A stretch of DNA of 64,000 nucleotides from Saccostrea cucullata (lineage: Eukaryota), in the NCBI RefSeq assembly GCF_032062105.1, contig NW_026931011.1, positions 186,001-250,000 on the forward strand, read 5' to 3'. The position numbers and the translations under genes are program-made. The notes beneath the pieces were generated by a model, which saw only the letters and a program-made list of their open reading frames with translations, did not search any database and was not told the DNA's origin. Of this stretch, positions 41,901-55,359 are shown piece after piece (positions within the stretch are counted from its first letter, which is position 1; each line of letters starts with the position of its first letter).

Positions 41901-44900
41901 CATTTAATCATGTTAATTCTTATAAAAATTGAAGAGAAACACTTTAAGTTTTTGACAGCTCTAAGGTGTGCATACAACAAATGAATGGCAAAAAACTTAA
42001 TGAATGAATAAGATAAATGTAGTTCAGATGATTTTTTTATGTTAATCATTCATTTTATAGACAGGTATGTTTAATCTCTACATGTTTACACCTGTATGTG
42101 AATCAGGCAGGCATCTCAAATTTTATATCCAAGGAAATGCGTGGTCACAAAATTAGTGTCCAGTCCCTCCATATGTAAGAATGTTTAAAACTGGAGGCCA
42201 TTGTCATGCTAATTCCATGCTTTTATTATGTCCAGCATTGATAATGGTACACAATTATCTCTAAGTTAGTTCAAGTTTGACATAGTCTGAGTAGCATAAT
42301 TTTAAACATAAAAGCATCAATAAAGTTTGTTCAAACTACACAATATTCCTGGGAAGTTATTTTAAAGACTGAGCTGAAGGAATGACAATAAACTATTTGA
42401 CAATTCTATTTGAATTGTGCATATACCAGTACATGTAGTATTTTGATGCCAGAGATGTAATGATGTGATATAGATCTAAATACATCCTAAGGACAGATGA
42501 TGCAAACAAAAAACAATGTGATAGTGAAACACACATGCTCCCAAAAGGCAGCTTATGGTGATGGTTAAAGTTCTAAAAATGCACGTCATACTCCAAGGTC
42601 AAGTCACTCAAGTGATCAAAAATGTTGTTACGCCAAAAAAGGCCTGGTGTCAGTGGATATTCCTGGTAAATATGAAAGCCCAAGCACCAGCCATTCAAAT
42701 GTTATCATCAAGGGTACAGTTTTCTTAAAGTGGGTCAAGGACAAGGTCAAAGGATCAAAATTAATGGTACATAAGGGAAGACCATGTCATAAGAAATATA
42801 CATGTATGCAAAATATAAAAGCCCTAGCACCAATTAAATGTTATTTGAAAGGTGAATTATTTTCAAAAGTAGGTCAAACTTCAAGATCAAAATTTCAAAA
42901 TTGTCGGTATCAAAAGGAAGGTCTTGTCCAAAGGAAAATACTTGTGAATTTCAAAGCCCTAGTGTTAAATGTTCAAAAGTTAAGGCCAAGGTCAACTTTT
43001 TTAAGGTGAACCAAACTATACGGTCAAGGTAAAAAATAAAAAAACCTTTGAAAGGTCTTGACCATGATAATTATTTGAAGTATGAAAGCCCTAGCACCAA
43101 CTGTTCAAAATTTATGGCCAAGGTTAAATTTAGTAAAATTTTTGCAAAAGTAGATCAAACTCCAGGGTCAAGGTTAAAAAGTCAAATATGTTGGTACCCA
43201 AAGGAAGGTCTTGTCACAAGAAATACTCATGTGAAATATGAAAGCCATAGCTTCAACCAATCAAAAGTTATGGTCAATGTTAAAGTTTTTGGAGACAAAC
43301 ACACATACATACAGGGAAAAATCTATACAAACCCATGAATCTTCAATTATTGGGCATAAAATTGGATGCCTGGATTCACCATTCTGAAACAGAAGTTAGG
43401 GTTAGTTGGCCTTTTGAATGAAAATTTCCAATATCTATACAATGAATATTTTAGCAACAAACGGCTCTTTTCAGAGAAATATGGGGAAACTGGTTTGGTA
43501 CTATTCCTTGCATTGTGCTGTTTGTATAACATAGAAATTAAGCCTGCTTTATATAACTCTTCCCAAATATTTGTAAATGTACAAGTAATTTATATATTTT
43601 ATATTAGAACAAGTTATGATTGTATTGATTTTTAGTTTTTATCTATCTTGTATGGAGATAAATGTAGATGCACCCTAACTAAATGGACTTGTGTTATCAA
43701 TGTAATGAACCAATCGTACTTTAAATTTTTAACAAGGTACATATATTGGAGGAAGTTGAAATAGGTAGCTTATGTCAATAAAGGGTAATAGGTACATTGT
43801 GTTGTCTTTATACATGTAGTAATATAATGATACTTGACTAGGCAGTTAAGTATCTCAGTACTGCTAAAGCTTGGTACCTTTTGTTGACTTAGATGGTAAC
43901 ATTATCATTGTTACTGTAGAAATTTTAGGAGAATTAGTAGGTTTAATTTTGTGCTAAGTGAAGAAATTATTAACAGTGATAACTAGGATGCAGCTAACAT
44001 AATTGACTAAAACATTTTTAAATTTCTATACCATAATTTCATTTTGAAGAAAGGACCACTGATGTTATAAATATTGATTAGTAAAGGACATGCAACTGTC
44101 CATTTTTAAGTCTTTATAGTACAGACCATTAATCCATTTTCTGACTTTTTGTCTAGTACTACGTAAATATGCAGTGTGTATGTTTGTCATTAAATTGAAG
44201 ATAAAGAGAGGACTATTTGTAGGGAGGACTGAGGGGTTGGGGCACCTGTTAATTTTTTGAATACTTAATTTATATTTTTTATTGCAGGCGGGAAGTCCTG
44301 AGAAGAAGGAGCACCTGTATAAGATTTTAGTGATAGGAGAACTAGGAACAGGAAAGACGTCCATTATAAAGAGATACGTCCATCAGTTCTTCTCACAGCA
44401 TTACAGAGCTACTGTATCCTCTCTTACTTAATTTAATCTTACATTGATTTCAAAGTCAGGTTAAGTTAAAAAATCAAGGTTAATTTACATATTCCTAAAC
44501 TGATAGACTTTTTGAATTGAAATAATTTTCTTGTTGATAAACTGTCTAGAAAGTAGCTAACTATTCCTACCAAGGATTTCTGATCCACTAATCACCTTAA
44601 GAAACCTTGGTCTATTATGCTATCAAAATAGGCTTGTTTTTGTCACATGATCTCAAATCTTACCTCAAATGTATAGCTTGTGATACTGACAGAAATATAG
44701 AGCATTTTTAAAAAAAGTAGTTATATAAGCAACAATTTACAAGCAGGTATCAAAGGATGTTTTATTTATATAGTGCAAATCTATATCTGTAATGTAAAAT
44801 TTTCATAACATTCTGTGCACATCAACTTAAAGTTAGATGATGCCATAGCTATTTTCAGAGTGGTATGTTATCTTAATGATCAATGTTTACCTTTGTTTTT

Positions 44901-47398
44901 CATTCTCGAGATAGAGATATTATCATTTACAATGACTTTTACTGATTGGTTGAATGATATAAATGAAGTTGACTCCAATCTAAACTTTAAAAAAAAAAAA
45001 GTCCTGTTTTCTGATAGCATGATAGGCCAAGGGTTTGTTAGAAGAGTAGTAGTTCAGATACCATTGACTAGTGAAGATTGACAGAAGCCCCAATATTGAA
45101 TATTTACTTCAAGCTGGAAAATAAGCCAGGGTTTATATAAGGGACATTGTTATATTTACACACAAATAAATTAATGTTTCTCCTTTCCTGTTACACAGAC
45201 AAGTCTCCAAGAAAAGAATATGTTCTTAAAAAATTCATTATATTCGGGTGTTTTCCAGCATGGTTTCTTGAATTAAACTACCATACTAAAAAAAAAATTA
45301 TGAGAACCCCTTGAACTAAGTTTTTAAATTGGAGGTCAAGGTCAATATACTTGTACAGTGAGTAAAACTGTCCTGAGTAGATTTTTTTCCTTCACCTGGA
45401 GCAACCGGGCTCACACTTAGGGCACCCTTGTGTAAAGTGAGACTTTGAACCAAGTTTCTAGGTCAGAGGTCAAGGTCATAGAAGATAACTGTGAAATCCT
45501 TGTTGTGAGTAGGGCTGGGACGATATATCGAGATATCGATATATCGTGATATATGTGGGGATGATACGCATATCGATGCATATGAAGAAATATGGAAATA
45601 TCGCCCATGAAAATCTGACTTCTATTTTTCTTTGTTTATTTAACATTTGGAGTTTATATAAAATAAATAAGTTAAATATAAATATAGACATGAAATAAAT
45701 AATAATTAACACCATTTGAGCAATATATTTTTGTTTTAGAACATATAAACAACTATTTTGAATAAATTATTCTAATTTTCAAAGAAATAATTTGTTTATT
45801 TCAATACAAAAAAAGATTTTATAAGCAATAAAACATATCGTGATACATATCGTATCGTGGCTCAAATATCGTGATACGTATCGATATAGAAAAAGTTGTA
45901 TCGTCCCAGCCCTAGTTGTGAGCATATTTTCTCTCCCTTTGTCTATGCAGATCATACTTTACTCATAAAGTGCTTACTTTATATTATTGAAAGAGTTGCT
46001 TTAAACTTAAAGCCAAAAGTTTTGAATACATTATTACTTGTACAAGTAAATTCAGAACCAGTGCATGATGTGAACGTGTTTTTCTTAACTTCTGCTATCA
46101 GATTGGTGTAGATTTTGCCTTAAAGGTCCTGAACTGGGATGCAGACACAATTGTCAGATTACAGTTATGGGACATTGCTGGTATGTATGGAAATTCTATT
46201 TGATGGTTTTATGTAAAATTATTAAAGAAAGTGGCCTGATGGAATACATGTAATTCCATTTGATTATTTTTAAGGGGAGGGGGATTTTAGTTTATTTAGG
46301 AAATCAGATTGAGAATACAACGATAAATAATGAAATAATATTTTCCAGGTCAGGAGCGATTTGGAAACATGACACGGGTATACTACAAAGAGGCAGTAGG
46401 GTGTTTCATTGTGTTTGACGTTACAAGGGCTTCCACATTTGATGCCGTGGTAAAATGGAAGAGTGATTTAGACAGTAAAGTACAGCTTGCAGATGGTAGC
46501 CCCGTCCCCTGTGTTTTATTAGCTAATAAAGTAAGTTTTCCAATCACACTTTTTGTAGAGGGTGTGAATTCTAGGTGTAGGAATGATTTTTTTAAGTGAC
46601 TTTATTTGATTGTCATGCATATTATATCGGTCTTGTGAGAAAGACATGATCATGTGTACTGACATTTATGGATGATGTATTATTATAACTATTGCTGTGG
46701 TCATGCAAAAAGAAGATAAATCATTATTGACCATTGTGCAGTGATGGCAGAAGCCATCATTAGATTGATTTATATAAAGAATACACTGATAAAATGGAAA
46801 AGACAAGCATTCAGTTGAAACAAGATAAACTTGAATAAGATGATAACTAGTTAGAGATTTATTCTCTTATGCTATTGTTCTTACAATATTTGTTTCTCTA
46901 AATAAACTTATTTTTATTTTTTACAGTGTGACCAAGCTAAGGAAGGTCTAGTAAACAACTCAAATCAGATGGATGATTTCTGTAAGGAGAAGGGTTTTAT
47001 TGGTTGGTTTGAAACATCAGCAAAAGAAAATATCAACATTGATGACAGTGCAAGGTTCTTAGTTCAACGAGTAAGTACAGAATAAAACTTGAAAAAAAAA
47101 GTTAAAAATATAAGATTTGGAAAGGTTTTAAAAATATAAGCAGAGTCCAGAATTCTTCTTTATATACCTATATCAGTAAAAATGTGTACATTAGTTCAAT
47201 GGCAGAGGCAATATGGAAAGATTTTTACAGTTTGGCAAATTTGACTAAACATATCTCGAAGCATGTATTTCAAACATTTTGCAGATATTAGAAAATGATA
47301 GCAACATAAAACGAGACGAAGAAGATCAGGATAAGATAACTCTTGACAGCCGGCAAAACATTCTAAAAAATCCAAAGGAGAAGGGAGGATGCTGCTGA
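38811..47398 (+). CDS. RAB32: Ras-related protein Rab32/38 (215 aa with exon 1a, 240 aa with alternative exon 1b)
   Basis: Core exons 44288-44413, 46102-46180, 46349-46530, 46927-47070, 47285-47398 (TGA). First exon inferred: ATG|GTAAGT at 38811-38813, or 39543-39620 (MTMVREG...SDIQ|GTAC). Motifs KEHLYKILVIGELGTGKTS, ATIGVDFALK, WDIAGQERFGNMTRVYYKEA (WDIAGQ is diagnostic of Rab32/38/29), LANK, ETSAK, C-terminal CC prenylation site. Confidence 0.93.
42511..43315 (-). mobile_element. HINE-like element (reverse orientation, same family as 11531-12337) in Rab32 intron 1
   Basis: Repeated AAGGTCAA / AAGGTCTTGTCAC / TATGAAAGCCCTAG units, reverse-complementary to 11531-12337; terminus AAACAATGTGATAGTGAAACAC. 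Confidence 0.7.
44414..46101 (+). other. U12-type (minor spliceosome) GT-AG intron in Rab32
   Basis: 5' site GTATCCTC (U12 consensus RTATCCTT); branch point TTCTTAAC at 46082-46089 only ~12 nt before the AG at 46100-46101, with no long polypyrimidine tract. Splicing restores HYRAT|IGVDFALK. Confidence 0.9.
45510..45914. mobile_element. Non-autonomous hAT MITE inside the U12 intron
   Basis: 16-bp perfect TIR TAGGGCTGGGACGATA / TATCGTCCCAGCCCTA; exact 8-bp TSD GTTGTGAG (45502-45509, 45915-45922); subterminal ATATCG repeats. Confidence 0.92.
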
Positions 47399-49771
47399 TG
47401 TCACAGCTGAATAAACTTAAATGTTTATGGATGAGTGAAAACATTATTTTGTATGGATGAGAGAGCACATTGAGTTGTTATGGATGAATGAGCACAAAAA
47501 TTTGTTTTGGATGAGTGGAATAAGTGAATGAGAAGATGGATGCGCTTAAAATGAGATATAACAAGATATTGAGATACAGAAGAACCATTGAAACATCATG
47601 TACATGTATGTTAAGACAATGCAATGTTTGTGTGTATGTGTGTTACTAAGTTCAGGTAGTAGTGAATGCTATCTTTGTACACCACATCCAAAGTTCATTT
47701 TTTTTTTTATTTGTACAACATGAAAATGCTTATTATTGTCTTTTATAGTAATTCTTACTTACTCTACTTTTTACTTCAGAAGATTATGTTGTCAGTATGT
47801 TCTGCTTTCAGAGGTTTATATTCTTATTAGTTGCCATATTTAACTCAGAATGTGCCTTAAACATGCACTTATTTGAGAGAAATGGTAATTTTAAAACAGA
47901 AGAATTTTAGTGTTATTTATTATAATCTACTTGTTTATGAATAAAAACAATGCAAGTATATTGAGTTATTCTAATTATAGTGTAGTGAGAGGCATAGATA
48001 TTTTAGAATGTGTTCATAGTAGGTTTACATCTAATTATTAAAATGCAGTTGTGTTTTGTTTTTTCATAAATTTCATTTATGCGTGAACCAAACTGTGCAT
48101 ACAAATACATTTATTTAAAAAAAAAAAATGCACAAGGACCCACTTAATCTTGGTTGTTGACAAATGGTTAGATTAAGACAATGCTGTCAAGATGGAGATT
48201 TGTTCTTTCAGTTTTTAGAAATTTTTGAAGAAAATGTGAAGTTAGACAATGCAAAAAGTTATTTTTCTCCATAGGATAAAAGATAAATCTTGGAGAAAAT
48301 AGTTCTCATAGGCTATCATTTTTAGATTAAAATTTTAAAAGATCAGTTCAGTAATTATGGTGATTAATATTTGTATATATATTGTTGTTTTGCTGTAAAA
48401 AATCTTTTTTGACTACCTGTCATTAAAATTTTCAGGGAGTAGAATTCAGTGCCAAACATTGTAGGTTAAATTTTTATGTTTGGAGGAGTAGGGTGATCCC
48501 TTCTTTTAAGGAACATACTGTCACATCATAAAAAATAAATCAAATTTCTTAAAGAACTTGATATTCAAGATTTGCTTATGGGAGGTTTATAGGGGTTGAT
48601 GTCAGTTTGTTTTATTTTACATCTATTGAAGATTCCAAGACAATCAAATTGGTCAATTAAGTAGTTTTTCTGGCAAGTTCTGTTTGTTTTCTTCCAAACA
48701 CCATCACATAAAGTGTACAATGAATACATCATTTTTTTCGGAGTATGTCATGTCTTCCTGTAAAATTTTAGCTTTCAATTTTAAAAGTGTAAACACAGGA
48801 TTATCCATGTGTATAATTTCATGTCACTTTCATTTTTTTCGTTTTACATGCTGATGATACTTTATGGAAACTATTATTCTTTCACATTGTTTTAATGCCA
48901 GAGAACTCTCCTACTATGCAGGGTTTTATATTTGTCAGAAATACTCATTTTACATTTAGAAGCTCAGTTTTAAGTTTGAAATAGGAAACAGTCAATAATA
49001 CAAACATTTTCTTGTCCATGGTAAAATTGTGGTTGTGATCTGTTGAACATTTAAAATATAAATACAGGAAATAATTTAAATTGCATATGAAGTGAACATT
49101 TTTGCTTCTTTAACATCTGTTCATGTACTGAATAATCACCAATTATTTTAATGGCATCGAGCTCTAGTTTTCCATTGATATGTTTCCAACATGATGCATA
49201 ACTAATTATACACCTTCAACAGATTGAAGAAATGATTCAGTTTATTGTACTTTACTTTATTTTCTTGTAAACTTTGAGTAAATCATGATACCTGGTTTTA
49301 TACATTTAACACTAGATTGTTTTACAAAGAAATAGAAAAACAGAAGATGTAATCCTTTTTCCAAGAAAATGCTATCAATTTTTATTATTGAGCATTATCT
49401 GACTCTTTCAAAATGTATACATGTTTTACTAATAGTAAACTTTAGAAATGTAATTACTTAAAGAAACATTTACTCTGTAAATGACACAAACCATATTGCC
49501 TAACTTATTTTTATCTCATATAATTATATTATATTAATGATAATCAGTTGTAACAGCAAGAATATGTTTTTTGGCGAATTTGTATACTGAATGCATGTTT
49601 TGATGTGAATGTTTTGTAAAATTTAATTTGTATAATTTTTGGTTAATACAGGTATGTACATAAATGTATGTAAGCATTGTTGAAAAAAAAGTTATATACC
49701 ATAAATTTTACAAATAAAATAAATTAAATAATATATAAGAGGCATTTCTATTTTTTGTCATTTCTCTGTAA

Positions 49772-49775
<4 letters not shown>

Positions 49776-49852
<77 letters not shown>
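49776..49852. repeat. (TA)n microsatellite between the Rab32 3' end and the HSD17B14 promoter
   Basis: Uninterrupted TA dinucleotide run of ~77 bp. Confidence 0.97.
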
Positions 49853-49855
<3 letters not shown>

Positions 49856-50077
49856 TCTTTAAAAAAAAAATGTCAAATACATCCCCCTTTCTTTCTTCCG
49901 AAATTATATTAGGATGACAAGAAAAAAATGTTCGTCTTTTGTTGGAAGATTTTAAAAAGACCAATACAAATATACAGGTTTATCCACAACATTACTTGAG
50001 TTCAAAGTATATTCATATAGACATGGAGGGATCGAGTAGGATTCTTTCTGCACTGAAAGTTATACGATTGTGCTGTA

Positions 50078-50123
50078 CACGTGACCATACTTAATTGGAA
50101 GGTCACATGACTGATCATATGAC
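50078..50123 (+). promoter_or_regulatory. E-box cluster upstream of the HSD17B14 ATG
   Basis: CACGTGAC (50078-50085), GTCACATGAC (50102-50111) and TCATATGAC (~50115-50123), all within 65 bp of the ATG at 50140. Confidence 0.5.
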
Positions 50124-50139
50124 TTGTCAATAACAAACC

Positions 50140-53100
50140 ATGGCTGATGCAGGCGTGAGATACCGAGACAAAGTAACGATCGTCACGGGAGGAAGCGCTG
50201 GAATTGGAAAGGGGTGTGTCCAAGTGTTTGGTACGTATGCACTTAATCTTGTTACAGGCGCCCGTTGCATGTCTTGCATACATTTATCAAAAAGAGACTT
50301 AAATTAGCCTGTTAGCTATTCCGTTATCAGTGGAGAATAGCAGTTATCAAGCTATCTCTCTCGAGTCACAGTTCCTTATCAATCGAGGTCAAAACAGTTT
50401 GGTTAATCCAATAATACAGTGCTTTTTACGGATTAAGCTGGACCAGGGGTGTTTTACAGCTGTATTATGTAGTAGGGTTAAAGGTTGGATAAGCAAATCG
50501 ATTCCTATTTAAGAATGCAACACCCCCACCCCTCATTTGTCCATAATTTCAAAAGAGGGATAGACAAGATACTGTACCTGCAAAATAAATCGACCCCCTC
50601 CAATAAAGGGAAAAAAGGTCCACGGACCACAATGCTCACTTGAAACTGGTCCTAATTGTTAACTGTAGTTTCGGTTTATACTATGATGAACATGTGAAGT
50701 GTGAAAAATAGGGGGAAAAGTCGAAAGCTGATAAAGTAAAGATATTGTGAAGATAAAAATATGTAACAGAGATGATAGATTTGATTTCATAAAGCATGCA
50801 GGCCTGGCCCCCCCACTTTTTCTCCCGACATTACCTTTACTATAGAAAATGTGTACTGAAAGGAAGGTTGGCCCCCCCACATTTCAGCACAGTGTAGTAT
50901 TATAAAGAGATTGACCCCAAAAAGTTTGTTTTGTAAATTGGTGGTCTTGAAAAAAGTTGGCCACTACCCCCCCCCCCCCCCCCCCCCCCCCACGAAATAG
51001 GATTTTCGACTTTGGGGAATTTTAATTTTAATTTTTCGTTTTTTTTTTTTTTTTTTTTTTTTTGCTTGTCAACTTTTTCAGGTAAGTTCAGGTTGGCCCC
51101 CCCACTTTCAAAAACGATGCTACGTGCCTGGCATGTGATAAAATATAAATCCTAAAATCATTTTTTATAATCATGGTTAAATCAAGGATTGTAGAAATGG
51201 TATAACCTGCCTTATTTATAATTTTATCAAAGGCACATCAATTCAAAAAGAATTTCAGTATACCAATGGGGTCAGGAACGGTACAAATCACATGACTCGA
51301 TAATGAAACTAGAAAAAAAGTAAATAAAGGAGTATTCATCGTCGCAAACCACGGCCAAAATGCACGGTCCTCTCCTGTTCTGGTAGAAGAAATTAAGCTA
51401 TATGCGGATTCCAATGCAAACTGTGGCTTGAGACTATGGGGAAAATGAAATTTTATCTGTTCATTTTTGTGTCTGTACCTTTGGTATTTCTTTTAGAATT
51501 CACGTACAAATTAAACAACAACCCAGGAAATTTGTATCTTAGAACAATTTAGATTGACGTAACAAACCGATACGCTTCTTTTAAAACGACTGTATTAAAC
51601 ATATAATTCATAATTTTTTTTAGTGAAACATGGTGCTAAAGTTGTGTTTTGTTCAAGAGGAGGTAATCCACTTTATTTTGATTTTTATTGATATATAAAT
51701 TTCTAAATTTGATTTTCAGTAAGTTTCTTATCACATTTATTAAAGAAATGACATCAAAATAAAATAAAAAAGAAAAAAAAGGCAGTTATTGTTTTAATTC
51801 TATGAAATATGTATCACCACAGAGGCTGCGGGGAGGGCCTTGGAAAGCGAAATGAAGACCATGGGTCCCGGGGAAGCTACATTCATTCCGTGTGACGTCA
51901 GCAAAGAAGACCAAATCAAGGTTAGATAATGGGGCGCCATCGTCGGAACCCACGGGTGAAAGTCGTGGCTTCCGACGATAATGGGTCGCATATTTTATAA
52001 ATTATAGAAGATCGAACATTTCTTAAATTAATTCTTAAAAACAGATGTTGAAATATAATAAATTCTTTAACTGAGGATACGATACAAATTTTTTTTTCAA
52101 ATGATCAAATTATTTTTTCTTTCTATCTGACAGAATGTTATTGACAAAACAGTGGAAAAGTATGGTAGGATAGACTGCCTGATAAACAATGCAGGACAGC
52201 GTAAGTGTGCCCCTAAATTATATTTCCTCATTCTTATTCTCTATAGCTGTAATGTTTCTGCTTTTAATCAATTAAAAAAAAAGAACGCAAAATTTCAATT
52301 TACACGGAGTTAAAATTACTTTTTATTTCTAGATCCACCTAAAACATGGATAGACGACTTCTCAGCAGACGATTTCCGGCGCCTTCTGGATACAAATCTT
52401 GTTAGCTATTTCCTGTTTTCAAAGGTAATTTTTACATGTTCAGCGTCCAGTACGTTGATTTAATAATGGTGTTGGGATGGATGCAGTAATATAGATGAGA
52501 CTAACCCATAATTCTTAATAATGAATTTTTAGAGTTATTTTTCTTGGTTTAATAAAAAAAAACATTTTTCATCCAGTTATTTAGGATTCTTGGTGATTAA
52601 AGAACATAATAGAACATATGGAATCCATATAGGCCCATGAGTTCATTATCGTGTCACAGAGTATCGACTAGGTGCGATGCGATGACGATGAAACTATATG
52701 CTGTGATAGCGCGAAATCTCGATGCGATCGTGCAAGATCACGATGGAACGATACTTAATATCGCTTCATCAACATCATACCATTGCGCCATAGTCATCGC
52801 TCAATCGCATCGTCTTCATGGTATTGTTGCCCCATCGCATCATCGTTGTCGCGTTAACGCTTCATCGACATTGCATTATCGCTTCACTGCACAATCGATG
52901 TAAACCTCGATGATGCGATAGTAAACTACATGACCCTTTCTTAATTCAGTAAAATATTCAATTCTCCCAACTTCATATATTGTTTTTTTTATATATCTGT
53001 GTAATTTTTTTTTCAAAGATTCTTAATTATTGTTGACGTCTTGTAAGCTGTTGAATAGAAGCATTCTCTTTCACTTTTTTTAATGACGTATCGTTTTTAA

Positions 53101-55359
53101 TTTGTTCCCCCTTTAGTATGCTTTACCATATCTGAGAAAGACGGAGGGGAACATCATTAACGACTCCAGTTTGGTGGGACAGATGGGACAGCCGGGAGCC
53201 GTTACCTATGTGGCTACAAAGGTATCATGTATATTAATGAAAGGTATGGACTTATGACCCTGCCGTCTAGTGACCATCTTCTTTACTTTTTTTGGAAAAA
53301 GAAAAAAAAACTTTTATTCATATGCGCATCATCTATACATGTATTTGATTCAGAGAGAATTCCTCTAAAGTTTTCGACTCATTTAGTTTTGAAAAATGAA
53401 GTTCTTGCAGGATCGATCGCAACTCATTTTTTGGTTAGTTCTTTCTCTGTCCCATTGACTATATTGTTAATTCTGTTTATGTTGAACTGTTCGAATTCCC
53501 TTCATTAAACTTTTATGGCCAAAACTAATGATTAGGTCAAAACGTAACGGCAGTCAGATTTATCTGTCCTACACATATCATGCATATTTACGAAATGTCT
53601 ATTCCTGTAGAAATTCTGGCAATACAAAAAAAAAAATCATTCGTGTGCAAGCTTTAAGTCAACATTTTCTAAAAATTATTTCGCAAAATGTATGCCAAGC
53701 AGTGCTGGTACAAATTCATTTTTAGGGAAATCAGCTCTACCTTTTCAATATGGAGAGAAACTTATAGTACTTCACTTTGGGCGCGTACACACTGAATTTT
53801 TGCAAATATGTCTGTGTTAAGTAGATCTATATAGTATATTGACATTAAAGAAAAGTGGATATTTTTGCGAACGCTAATAATTAACCTGTGAAGTACCAAT
53901 TTATATACGGGAGAGAGAGAGAGAGAGATTTTAAAACAAAGAGAGAAAAAATTATAATAACATCATGAATGACCTCATGTATAGAAGTTCTTCAATTTTA
54001 GGTGACTTTTTTTTAATGATTTTTGTTTACCTTTCTGTTTTACAGGAAAGATTCTATTCATTTTCTCTTTCAAAAATTATTGCAAAATAAGATAAGTCGC
54101 GCGATTTTTTAGATTTTCTTACTGACAATTTTTCGTGCAGGACTTTTCTTTTCAATTACCAGGGTGCAATCACTGCGATGACAAAAGCTCTTGCAATAGA
54201 CGAGGCCAAATACAACGTCAGAGTTAATGCGTGAGTATACAACCATGTTTATAATCAATTTTCAGAAGGTTTAGCCGTTTTGAAATAGAAAATAGAGGTA
54301 TAACATTAATACCAATGGTCTTTTTAGAAAACCTTGATTCTCCCCTTAGTTTCTTAGATTTTACCGACTCCTCTCGCTTGAAAAGTTAATTTTCTGACAT
54401 CAGGAAAGTATAGTCAAATCACAAAGATAAAGGATACGAAATGGACAAGTACCCTGACCTTTGACTTTTGACCCTCAAATGCACATATGTAACATGATTC
54501 AATTGGGCATGTGTCATCTCTGAAAAAAATATCTTAAAGAATGAAGGATAAAACAATATTCAAATATATCCATCTTTGCAAGCCAGGGATTTTCGGTCCG
54601 CTAGGGATCCCATTAATTCATTTGCTTGCGAAAAAGAATCATCAATATTGATGAATGCAAATAACCATACCCCCTTGCAAATTCAACTTTGTTGCAAGTA
54701 GTTTACAACGTTTTGATGGAGTACGATTTTTAATTTGACATTTAGTGCATATGTTTTATGAATCTTGTCAGTTTTTCCCCTGGAAATGTATGGACGCCAA
54801 TGTGGGAGAGGGAAACAAAGGAATACAGCGATCCTGAGGCTGCCAAAAAAAGTGGCGCAGATTGTCAGGTGTGTTTGATTTAGAATGCTTGATGCAACAT
54901 TTTCAGAATAAACTTGGTAATTATGTATTTTAACAACATGAACTTCAGCCTAGGTTTCAAATTTTTGTCTTCAGATTTGTTTTTTTTTTCCTTCTTCGTG
55001 AAATCTCTTTTAATTAAAATTCCTGTTTCTTGTTTCTCTTGCAAAACGTTTGGGTTACACGTGGAGACTCAAAGGTTTTACATAACCAATGAGAAGTCCA
55101 AATCACATCCTTTATATGAATGTATCAACCCCCAACATCTGCCATGTCAGCTGCAAATAACCGCAACGATGCGAGGTACTGGTACATTTGTGATGGTATT
55201 ATTTTGTAGGTGTGTGGACGGTACGGTACTATAGAGGAGGCCGGGCTTTTATGTCTGTTCCTGGCGACAGACGCCACATTCTGTACGGGTATTGACATTA
55301 ACCTCTCCGGCGGAGCAGAGCTCAGTTACGGGGTCAAAAATATGCGCCTCTCAGACTGA
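50140..55359 (+). CDS. HSD17B14: 17-beta-hydroxysteroid dehydrogenase 14-like classical SDR (vertebrate ortholog also described as L-fucose dehydrogenase), 268 aa
   Basis: Exons 50140-50230, 51624-51662, 51823-51920, 52134-52200, 52333-52424, 53117-53221, 54163-54230, 54772-54868, 55210-55359 (807 nt). Motifs [66 protein letters not shown]; AATAAA at 55417-55422. Confidence 0.93.
50799..51130. mobile_element. Small TIR element with poly-C/poly-T tracts in HSD17B14 intron 1
   Basis: Termini CAGGC / GCCTG flanked by GCATG direct repeats (50794-50798, 51131-51135); internal GGCCCCCCC(C)AC repeats; related fragments near 28290 and 56160-56735. Confidence 0.55.
52620..52945. mobile_element. CATCG-rich MITE-like repeat in HSD17B14 intron 5
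   Basis: Dense CGATG/CATCG motifs in opposite orientations, imperfect inverted ends (ATAGGCCCATG / CATGACCCT); CpG-rich against the AT-rich intron. Confidence 0.5.

Noticed and set aside
42647-43338. ORFs of 120 aa and 96 aa in Rab32 intron 1
   Set aside because: They run through tandem satellite units of a HINE-like element; the repeated KYESPST-like peptides simply mirror the DNA repeat.
49758-49964. ORF with IYIYIY run
   Set aside because: Translation of the (TA)n microsatellite.
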